Below, piece by piece: positions 26,074 through 33,636 of a stretch of DNA of 64,000 nucleotides. The notes below the pieces were generated by a model. It was not told the DNA's origin. It ran no database searches and was given only the letters and a program-made list of their open reading frames with translations. The first letter of the stretch is position 1. Each line of letters begins with the position of its first letter. The position numbers were made by a program, and so were the translations under genes. Source of the DNA: an uncultured Dorea sp. GTDB lineage: Bacteria; Bacillota; Clostridia; Lachnospirales; Lachnospiraceae. The stretch spans positions 17,604 through 81,603 of the forward strand of contig CANDQP010000001.1 of NCBI GenBank assembly GCA_947388185.1, read 5' to 3'.

Positions 26074-27888
26074 ATGGAGAGAAATGAAAAATTGATCAAG
26101 ACCAAGCTTTGGCAGTATCTCTTGCCGAGTATTATGATGACTGCCGCGCTTCAGCTGGGGAATATCGTGGATACCATGCTTGTGGGCAATATCCTGGGGG
26201 CGGATGCCATGTCGGCCGTCAAGGTGGGAATGACCATAGACCATATCATGGAAATCCCGGGATATGTCCTTGGGGTGGGCGGAAGCGTCGCGGCGGGAAT
26301 CCTGCTTGGGAAACGGAAGAGGGATGAGGCGAACCGTGTATTCTCCGTGACGCTGACGGTGAGTATGCTGTGCGGGATATTATTCGCGCTGCTTTCGGTC
26401 ACATCGCCGATGCTGGCAAAGGCACTCACCGGGGGCGGCTCCCTCTTGAGGGATGTGGAGAGATTCGTATTCGTGACTCTGCTTGGAGCGCCGGTTATCA
26501 GCCTTGCGCTGCAGTTTATGAGCTATGTGGCAGTGGACAATAACCCGTCGGTAGCGTCTGCCTACGTGATCGTATCCAATGTGATCAACCTGGCGCTGGA
26601 TTATCTGATTCTTAAGTTCACGGCGCTTGGGACGGCGGGAGCCGCATTGTCGACGGTGCTGGGGTACGGGATCGCGATGCTGGTGCTGATCCGCTATCTT
26701 CGATCTCCCAAGCGGATGCTTCGGTATGTGATGCCCTTTGGGGGCGGGAAGGACAGGAAGCATCCGGGGGAAGACGCGAAGCAGGGGCGAAGGGAAGGCC
26801 AGGCAGCGGGCGCTTTTGTACTGGCTTTCTCAACGGGAGTGCCTACGCTTCTGTATATGATCTTCCTGACCCTTAAGGATCTGGGACTGAATACCATGAT
26901 CGTGCGTCTGATCGGGAATGACGCGATGGCGGTCTATACCGTGTGTACCAATGTGGTACTTCTGGTAGAACTTCTGGTGGGCGGGATCATCGGTACCATC
27001 GCCTCGATCGGCGGGGTGATCTACGGGGAGAAGGATTACTTCGGAATCCGAAGCCTTGTGAAGCATGTGCTGCTGTACAGCTATGCCGTACTTGCCGTGT
27101 TACTGGTTATCCTGCTGGTATTTCCGGAAGCTGTGGTTGCATTATTCGGTATCACAGGCGGCGCTCTTTTGGAGATGGCGGCGGCGGCCCTTCGGATCTT
27201 CGTGTGTTCTCTGCCGTTCTATCTGCTGAACAAATTTATGACAACCTACTATCAGAGTACGGAGAAAACGAAGTTATCGGGGATCGTGACATCGCTGCAG
27301 ACTTGTGTGGCGATCCTTCCGCTTGCCGTTGTATTTCTCTTTGCAGCAAGGGCGGCTGGGCTTGATCTTCTGAACGCGCTGATGGCGGCATTCGTGTTCA
27401 GCGAGATCCTTACGGCTGTGACCGTATGCATCTACCGGAAGATGAAGTATAAGGGACAGGGATTCCTGCTTCTTCCTAAGAGAGAAGAGGAGGCAGTCTA
27501 TGATATCTCGGTGGTCGCGGACTTAGAAGAGGCGGAGCGTGTTCCAAGAGAGATCATGGAGTTCTGCCAGGCGCATCAGGTAGATGCGGGGAGGGCGAAC
27601 CTCCTTGCGGTGGCGGCGGAGGAGATGCTGGTGAATATTATCCGGTACGGCGGGAAGAAGGCGGATACGATAGATATCAATCTGTGTATTACGGAAGACA
27701 CCCTGCTGTTCCGGTTAAGAGACAACGGAGTCCCGTTCGATCCTACGGATTATTCGGCGGATACCGGAGAGTATGAGATCCATGGGATCGAGGTGGTGAA
27801 GAATATCACGGACCGGATGCAGTACATGCGGGTGCTGGATCTGAATCATACAGTAATAGAGATGAAAAGAGGATGCAGGGAAAGTTGA
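26074..27888 (+). CDS. MATE-family efflux transporter fused to a C-terminal RsbW/SpoIIAB-like HATPase (anti-sigma-factor kinase-type) domain
   Basis: 604 aa, starting 14 nt after the NRPS stop with an AAGAGGA RBS. Roughly aa 1-455 are a 12-TM MATE-like protein. Roughly aa 470-604 (nt 27481-27885) read LLAVAAEEMLVNIIRYG...LLFRLRDNGVPFDPTDY...GIEVVKNITDRMQY. This resembles the N-box and G1-box of HATPase_c_2 kinases and is a paralogue of the stand-alone protein at 29636-30025. Confidence 0.8.
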   Translation: MERNEKLIKTKLWQYLLPSIMMTAALQLGNIVDTMLVGNILGADAMSAVKVGMTIDHIMEIPGYVLGVGGSVAAGILLGKRKRDEANRVFSVTLTVSMLCGILFALLSVTSPMLAKALTGGGSLLRDVERFVFVTLLGAPVISLALQFMSYVAVDNNPSVASAYVIVSNVINLALDYLILKFTALGTAGAALSTVLGYGIAMLVLIRYLRSPKRMLRYVMPFGGGKDRKHPGEDAKQGRREGQAAGAFVLAFSTGVPTLLYMIFLTLKDLGLNTMIVRLIGNDAMAVYTVCTNVVLLVELLVGGIIGTIASIGGVIYGEKDYFGIRSLVKHVLLYSYAVLAVLLVILLVFPEAVVALFGITGGALLEMAAAALRIFVCSLPFYLLNKFMTTYYQSTEKTKLSGIVTSLQTCVAILPLAVVFLFAARAAGLDLLNALMAAFVFSEILTAVTVCIYRKMKYKGQGFLLLPKREEEAVYDISVVADLEEAERVPREIMEFCQAHQVDAGRANLLAVAAEEMLVNIIRYGGKKADTIDINLCITEDTLLFRLRDNGVPFDPTDYSADTGEYEIHGIEVVKNITDRMQYMRVLDLNHTVIEMKRGCRES

Positions 27889-27904
27889 TTTCCCGTTACT
27901 ATTC

Positions 27905-27938
27905 CCGGATGCCTTGCACGCTGCTGCAAGGCATCCGG
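27905..27938. terminator. perfect 14-bp-stem hairpin between convergent genes (probable bidirectional terminator)
   Basis: CCGGATGCCTTGCA-cgctgc-TGCAAGGCATCCGG. No clear U-tract on either side. Confidence 0.5.
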
Positions 27939-27955
27939 CCAGTAAAGTGGATGGG

Positions 27956-29596
27956 TTATAGTTCTTCTACTTTACAGAAATGTTCTTTCGTTTTCTTGTC
28001 ATAACTGATTCCGACTGCCAGGATCCGTCCTGTGTATTTAGGAGTTTCACCCAGCTTTCCATGGAAACGCAAGGCATATTTCTTATCACGGATCTGCCGG
28101 ATGGCATCTTCAGGAGTCCTGCCGACTTTCAGTTCGAGGATGAAGGCATCCATATTCTTGCGGACAGGATAGAAGATAAAATCCACAAAACCTTCCCCTG
28201 CCTTGTCTTCCCGCTCTACATGGTAGCTGTCCCTTGCAGCCAGATAGACAAGGTTAACGATTGCCGACAGTTCAATCTCGCTGTTGTAAGAGAAAATCGG
28301 AGATTCCGTGTCGTGGGCATATTTCAATATCATGGCCATTTCCTGGGTGTTGCCGGTCAGGGTTGCATGCAGCATCTTTTTGGAGGCATTTGCCAGATTG
28401 TAAATGTAGCCCAGAGATTTCTCTTTCTTCATCATAGCGGCGAAACTGTCCATCAATTCCTGATTAGGGATGTACACAAGTCCGTCTTTGTAGGTCAAAA
28501 GACCATAGGTCACCATAGCCGAATAGATCTCATCCTTCGTCTCAAGCTGCATAGAAATGGCCGCATACTCCTGGATGTCGGCGGGGATTCCCTCACCTGC
28601 AAAGAGGAGCGCCAGGTCATCCTGTATATTGTCTATATCATTCTTAATATAACTGAATACGGAATCATAGATTCCGGAACTGGTCCAGTAATTGTGTAAT
28701 TGATTATTCGTCAGGGCGCATACGATAGAACGCGGATTGTACATTCGTTCCCCGCCGGCGGTGTAATAGCCGTCGTACCAGGTGCGCAGATCCCCGCGTG
28801 TGAACCTAACCGGATCGGTAGTCTGCTGATAGATATCGTAGAGCCGGTCGACCTCCAGATTAGAGAAACCGAAGTATTCACTGAAACGTTCAGTCGTTGC
28901 CATATGGTATTCGAGGAACATATTCAGTTCCGAGCCTTCTGAATATTTGGCAATTGGCAGGATACCGGTCATATAGACAAGCTCTGCGTAAATATTGTCT
29001 TTCAGGAGTGATTTTAAAAAGAGAAGATATTCCTTCCTGTCCGGATCCGTAATAAAATTCATATGGAATACGGCGTCCCACTCATCCAGGACGAAGACGA
29101 AGCGATGTCCGGTCTTCTGATAGACCAGAGATAATATATTCCAGATAGAATGTGCCGGATCTATCTTGCATTCCGGAAAACATTCGGATAAGTCTGTTTT
29201 CAGGTCTTGAAGGATCCAGTTGATATAAGTATCGTATGAGCGGCAGTTTTCCGGCATCCTGCTGAAATCAATATAGATAACATCATAGTGGTTCAGATAT
29301 TCGAGGTAGCCTTTGCAGGAATTCTTCTCAAGTTTTACGGCAATCTCCGGTGATGCGATCTGAAGCTTGCCGAATATCTCGCCAGAGTCCATCGCTTTGC
29401 CAAAGAACGCCCCGATCATATTGGCCATGACGCTTTTCCCAAACCGGCGCGGCCGGGTCAGGCAGAAGAAGCGCTGGCTTGTGCCAAGCGCAGGAATGAG
29501 TTCGGCGATCAGGGCAGTCTTGTCTACAAAGTATCTTTCTGATGCGATTGCACGGTAAGAATCGAAAGGCACCCTGCTGTTTAAATATAATCCCAT
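27956..29596 (-). CDS. AAA-ATPase-like domain protein with C-terminal PD-(D/E)XK nuclease-like domain
   Basis: 546 aa with a GGAAGGAGAA RBS. The N-terminus YFVDKTALIAELIP...FFCLTRPRRFGKS matches the AAA-ATPase_like pattern. The C-terminus GFVDFIFYP...ILELKVGRT...QIRDKKY matches a PDDEXK_9-like pattern. It is more AT-rich than its neighbours (about 42-45% GC in hand-counted lines). Confidence 0.8.
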   Translation of the reverse strand: MGLYLNSRVPFDSYRAIASERYFVDKTALIAELIPALGTSQRFFCLTRPRRFGKSVMANMIGAFFGKAMDSGEIFGKLQIASPEIAVKLEKNSCKGYLEYLNHYDVIYIDFSRMPENCRSYDTYINWILQDLKTDLSECFPECKIDPAHSIWNILSLVYQKTGHRFVFVLDEWDAVFHMNFITDPDRKEYLLFLKSLLKDNIYAELVYMTGILPIAKYSEGSELNMFLEYHMATTERFSEYFGFSNLEVDRLYDIYQQTTDPVRFTRGDLRTWYDGYYTAGGERMYNPRSIVCALTNNQLHNYWTSSGIYDSVFSYIKNDIDNIQDDLALLFAGEGIPADIQEYAAISMQLETKDEIYSAMVTYGLLTYKDGLVYIPNQELMDSFAAMMKKEKSLGYIYNLANASKKMLHATLTGNTQEMAMILKYAHDTESPIFSYNSEIELSAIVNLVYLAARDSYHVEREDKAGEGFVDFIFYPVRKNMDAFILELKVGRTPEDAIRQIRDKKYALRFHGKLGETPKYTGRILAVGISYDKKTKEHFCKVEEL

Positions 29597-29635
29597 AGTT
29601 ATCTGATTCTCCTTCCTATCACAGTTTCTACTCCT

Positions 29636-30025
29636 CTATGCGAGAAGTGTTGTCTTGATTCTGAGTACCAAGACATTCCTGGAGTCCTCATACGCATAGC
29701 TGACATCGTCCACGAATCCAAATGCGATCAGTCTCCCAAGTCCCCCGATCTGTGTATCCAGGTCATAATCGTCGGGATCTGCAGGGTTATCGAGAGGGTT
29801 GAAGGGTCTTCCCTCATCACGGAAAGTCATGACGATCGGTCCTGTAGCCTCAAGGGTAATTTCGACAAGCCCGGCCTCCCCTTCATAGGCATAGGAACAG
29901 ATGTTGACGAATACTTCCTCGGCGGCGAGGCATAATTTCTTCTTCGAGGCATCCGGGATATCGGGATGTTCCATGATAAGCGTCTGTACGAGCTTAAGAT
30001 TATCAAGCCGGGCTGTTATGGTCAT
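29636..30025 (-). CDS. stand-alone RsbW/SpoIIAB-like HATPase (anti-sigma regulatory factor, Ser/Thr kinase type)
   Basis: ATG 30025 is preferred; the track uses TTG 30034. LCLAAEEVFVNICSYAY...MTFRDEGRPFNPLD...GGLGRLI are N, G1 and G2-like boxes. It starts about 20 nt (ATG 30025; 11 nt if the TTG at 30034 is used) downstream of the hybrid kinase stop, so the two are probably co-transcribed. Confidence 0.75.
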   Translation of the reverse strand: MTITARLDNLKLVQTLIMEHPDIPDASKKKLCLAAEEVFVNICSYAYEGEAGLVEITLEATGPIVMTFRDEGRPFNPLDNPADPDDYDLDTQIGGLGRLIAFGFVDDVSYAYEDSRNVLVLRIKTTLLA

Positions 30026-30045
30026 TGCAATCAACCTCTGTAAAT

Positions 30046-33033
30046 CTAATGAAATAAAAATGTTCGCAGGGCTTCTTCTAACTTCTCGATATCCACCGGC
30101 TTGGAAATATGTCCGTTCATACCGGCTTCTTCGGATTTCCTGATATCGTCTGCGAAAGCGTCCGCCGTCATGGCGACGATAGGGATCGTCTTAAGATCCT
30201 CTCTGCCGGACGACCGGATCGCCCTGGTGGATTCATATCCGTTCATTACCGGCATCTGGATATCCATGAAGATCAGGTCATAGTAGCCGGGTTCGTGGTC
30301 AAGCACACAGTCAACCGCGAGCTGGCCATTCAAAGCCTGGTCTGCCTGGATGCCTACGATGTCAAGAAGCTCTGCCGCCACCTCGATATTCAGTTCATTG
30401 TCCTCCACCAGAAGGACTCTTTTGCCTGAGAAATCCTGCTCCTTGAAGGTCTCAAGCGCAGTGGCAGGTCTCTCGCTGTTATCAAGACCCAGCACATCCT
30501 TCAACACTTTCATCAGCCGGGACTTGAACAAAGGCTTCTCGATAAATGCGTCGATACCCGCATCCATTGCCTGCGCCTCAATATCTGACCAGTCATAGGC
30601 CGACAGGATAATGAGCGGAATATCATTGCCGGTCAGGTTGCGGATCTCCTTTGCCGTAGTCAGGCCATCCTTTCGCGGCATCTTCCAGTCAAGGATTACA
30701 ACGGCGAAGTCTCTTGCGGCCTTACGGGCTTCGATGATGCGCTTGATAGCAGAATCACCGTCAAGCACATATTCTGCATCCATGTTCAGGCTGTTCAGAA
30801 TCTCGCAGGCGCTCTCGCAGGCAGCTTCCTCATCATCTGCTACAAGCACCGGAAGAGAAGAGAAGGCTTCAATATCCGCCTGTGTAATGTCGTTGAGTTT
30901 CAAGTATACCTGAACGGTGAATCTGGAGCCTTCTCCAAGAGTACTCGCTACCTTGATGTCGCCGTTCATCATACGGGCGATATTGACGGCGATACTCATG
31001 CCAAGACCGGTTCCTTCGATCTTGCCGATGCGCGAATCTGCAGCGCGGGAGAATGGTTCGAAGATCTTCTGGATATAATCCTTCTCCATTCCGATACCGG
31101 TATCCTCAAAAGTAAATTCAAAGAATCCGCTGCCTGCAATATGTGAAGGCTTCTCTTCAATATAAAGGCTGATCTTTCCGCCCTCTGGTGTGAACTTGAC
31201 CGCGTTGCCCATGATATTCATGAATATCTGCTGCAGCCGCTGTTCGTCGCCGATCACGCTCTCGTGTTCCACATTGACCACGTTCACGCAGAGTTCCAGA
31301 TTCCTGGCTTCCATCTGGGAATGGAAGATGGTCAGCAGATTCTCGAAGGTATCGGACAGGTTAAAGATACCCTCTGTAAGGCTGACTTTCCCGCTCTCGA
31401 TCCGGCTCATATCCAGGACTTCATTGATCAGTCCCAGAAGGTGCTTGCTGGAGACGGTGATCTTGCCAAGAGCATCGAGGACGCGTTCCTTATCGTCTAT
31501 ATGCATGCCGGCGACAGCGGTCATACCAAGGATGGCGTTCATCGGTGTGCGGATATCGTGGCTCATCCGGGACAGGAAATCGCTCTTTGCCAGGTTGGCG
31601 GCTTCTGCTCGTTCTGCTGCCAGAGCGAGCATCTCTTTCTGTTTCTCTTCACGGTGGATGATCTCGTCTATACTTCGGATGGTCAGCGTAATGGCGGTTG
31701 CTTGTTCCCCGTCCATCTCAGCTATGGTGGCGACGGTGGAGCACCATTCGTATTTGCCGTTTTCATCGATACGTTTATACTGAAGTTCAATGTGGTCCTC
31801 GGTCTCCAGAAGCTTTACGATGTTAGACAGATCAAGGAATTGCTGTACCTGTTCCCGGTGCTCTTCTGCAATGATACCGGCTTCAAAACGCTTGGATACG
31901 AATTCTGTGTTATAATCTCCGGATTCTGTATTCCTGCCGCGGTGGGGATAGAGCATATCATATCTTCCGGTGAGCATATCAACGTAATAGATAGCCCGAT
32001 AGGCCCGTGCCGTGCTGTTCATGGCATTCTGATAGATCCGGTTGCGGTCTGCCATCCGATTGCGCTCTTCTACAAGGAGCTGGTTTTGTTTCTCCTGCCT
32101 GTATTCCCTGACAGCCTGGAAGATGATCAGCGCCAGGCCAAGGAGGGCTACCATGATACTTATGTAGTTAAAGGTGTCAAGACCTGTAAAAATCTCGGAT
32201 TCCGGTATGGTCAGTATAGCCGTCCATCCGTTCGTCATTTGGTGAAAATAAACGTTACGGGCATGCCCGTCCATGGCTATGACATTCTCCAACACCTGAC
32301 TTCCCTTAGCCAGGTTAGACTGCTCCATAAATCCGTCTACCAGCACCTGGAATTCATCGTAGGTGTGGTCGGTAGCGGCCTTGAAATAAAGCAGGGTTCC
32401 CTCTTTGTCGATCAGGTAGTAAGAGGCATTCGCCGGAAGAGTGAGGTTCTCATTATTCAGCTCGAAATAAGAGAACATCATATCAATGGCGAGAAAGCTT
32501 CCGGTAGACGGGACGGTCTTGCACATGGTGATCACGTTCTGCCCGGTTACCACATCAACATATGCCGGGGAGATATAGATCCCGCCGTCTGCCGCTGCGG
32601 CGCCCTGATAGTAGTCCGTATCGGTGACATCATAGTCTTCCATATCTTCGATCTCCGGAATGTTAGATATGAAATGATCGTTGTCAAGAGCCTTGCCATA
32701 GACCTGAATATTCTCTGGGCCGTAGAGCTCGGTCAGGCCGTTCATGAAAGGGTAGAGGCCTTCCTTGAGCTCCTTGAGTGAAACGCCGTCCTGTTCACGT
32801 TCTTCGATATAGTTCACGCTGAGAGTCAGAATGGACTCACAGGCGCGCATATTGCTCTCTTCGGATGTGGAATAATTCTCCACGAGTGAAAGTCCCATCT
32901 TGTTGGTGTTGTCCATCAATGAATTGCGCAGGATGTTCGTACACAGCATGATCACCAGGATAAACATCACAAGCACGATCATGTTGTTCCGCATCTTCCT
33001 AAGTAACTGTTTTTTCTTCTTTTTACTCATCAT
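30046..33033 (-). CDS. hybrid sensor histidine kinase/response regulator (TM - Cache-like ectodomain - TM - PAS-like - HisKA - HATPase - REC - REC)
   Basis: 995 aa. It has the H-box SDFLSRMSHDIRTPMNAILG, N/G boxes NIMGNAVKFTPEGG, DTGIGM and GTGLGMSI, and two receiver domains (VILDWKMPRKDG; IFMDIQMPVMNG). Confidence 0.9.
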   Translation of the reverse strand: MMSKKKKKQLLRKMRNNMIVLVMFILVIMLCTNILRNSLMDNTNKMGLSLVENYSTSEESNMRACESILTLSVNYIEEREQDGVSLKELKEGLYPFMNGLTELYGPENIQVYGKALDNDHFISNIPEIEDMEDYDVTDTDYYQGAAAADGGIYISPAYVDVVTGQNVITMCKTVPSTGSFLAIDMMFSYFELNNENLTLPANASYYLIDKEGTLLYFKAATDHTYDEFQVLVDGFMEQSNLAKGSQVLENVIAMDGHARNVYFHQMTNGWTAILTIPESEIFTGLDTFNYISIMVALLGLALIIFQAVREYRQEKQNQLLVEERNRMADRNRIYQNAMNSTARAYRAIYYVDMLTGRYDMLYPHRGRNTESGDYNTEFVSKRFEAGIIAEEHREQVQQFLDLSNIVKLLETEDHIELQYKRIDENGKYEWCSTVATIAEMDGEQATAITLTIRSIDEIIHREEKQKEMLALAAERAEAANLAKSDFLSRMSHDIRTPMNAILGMTAVAGMHIDDKERVLDALGKITVSSKHLLGLINEVLDMSRIESGKVSLTEGIFNLSDTFENLLTIFHSQMEARNLELCVNVVNVEHESVIGDEQRLQQIFMNIMGNAVKFTPEGGKISLYIEEKPSHIAGSGFFEFTFEDTGIGMEKDYIQKIFEPFSRAADSRIGKIEGTGLGMSIAVNIARMMNGDIKVASTLGEGSRFTVQVYLKLNDITQADIEAFSSLPVLVADDEEAACESACEILNSLNMDAEYVLDGDSAIKRIIEARKAARDFAVVILDWKMPRKDGLTTAKEIRNLTGNDIPLIILSAYDWSDIEAQAMDAGIDAFIEKPLFKSRLMKVLKDVLGLDNSERPATALETFKEQDFSGKRVLLVEDNELNIEVAAELLDIVGIQADQALNGQLAVDCVLDHEPGYYDLIFMDIQMPVMNGYESTRAIRSSGREDLKTIPIVAMTADAFADDIRKSEEAGMNGHISKPVDIEKLEEALRTFLFH

Positions 33034-33116
33034 AGCTTAAGCCCTCTTCATTCCTGTCTGCCATATTTAAGATATATTTTACGCTTTATTGGAATGAAAA
33101 TCAATAGTTCTTGAGA

Positions 33117-33156
33117 CGAAAACGGACACAGCAACCTTCTCTGGTGTTGTGTCCGT
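33117..33156 (-). terminator. rho-independent terminator of the acidic membrane protein gene
   Basis: On the minus strand, the hairpin AACGGACACAACACC...GGTTGCTGTGTCCGTT is followed by TTTTCG. Confidence 0.6.
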
Positions 33157-33170
33157 TCCGCATGCATATA

Positions 33171-33464
33171 CTAATCTTCGTCAGCATCCGCGCTGTCTGC
33201 CTCTTCTGGTTCAGCATCCTCAGCAGCGGCCTCCCCGGAAGCTTCTTCGTCAGCTTCCTCGCTCTTGGCGGATGGATTCAGAGAAACATATTCACGGTCT
33301 GATACAGGCTTTAAGTCACTGTCAAGATCGAAGTCGTCGTCTTCAAAATCATCATCAAAATCATCATCCTCACAGGAATCTTTTTTCTTTAAATAATAGA
33401 TAAGGCCTGCGATCGCGCCGCCTGCTGCTGCCAGCCCCATTAAGCCTTTGCCCCATTTCTTCAT
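33171..33464 (-). CDS. small membrane-anchored, extremely acidic protein
   Basis: ATG 33464 follows an AAAGGAG RBS; the track uses TTG 33485. One N-terminal TM (GLMGLAAAGGAIAGLIYYL) is followed by a D/E-rich low-complexity tail (DDDFDDDFEDDDFDLDSD...EEADSADADED). Confidence 0.6.
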   Translation of the reverse strand: MKKWGKGLMGLAAAGGAIAGLIYYLKKKDSCEDDDFDDDFEDDDFDLDSDLKPVSDREYVSLNPSAKSEEADEEASGEAAAEDAEPEEADSADADED

Positions 33465-33636
33465 GATAATTATATCTCCTTTCAAAAATTATATTCTAAT
33501 ATCTATCATATCACACATTGCATTATTTTTCCTCTAAAAAAATAATAAAATGTGTGTAAAAAATAAGTAATCTGTTAGATTATTGGAGGAAACTGTGTTA
33601 AACTGTTGTCTGTGGTTACAAAAAGGAGTGTGTATT

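Noticed and set aside
14075-33033. An alternative sigma factor or anti-sigma target for the partner-switching proteins within the cluster.
   Set aside because: No ORF in the whole window shows sigma-70 region 2/4 motifs. The absence is reported as part of the finding rather than as a feature.
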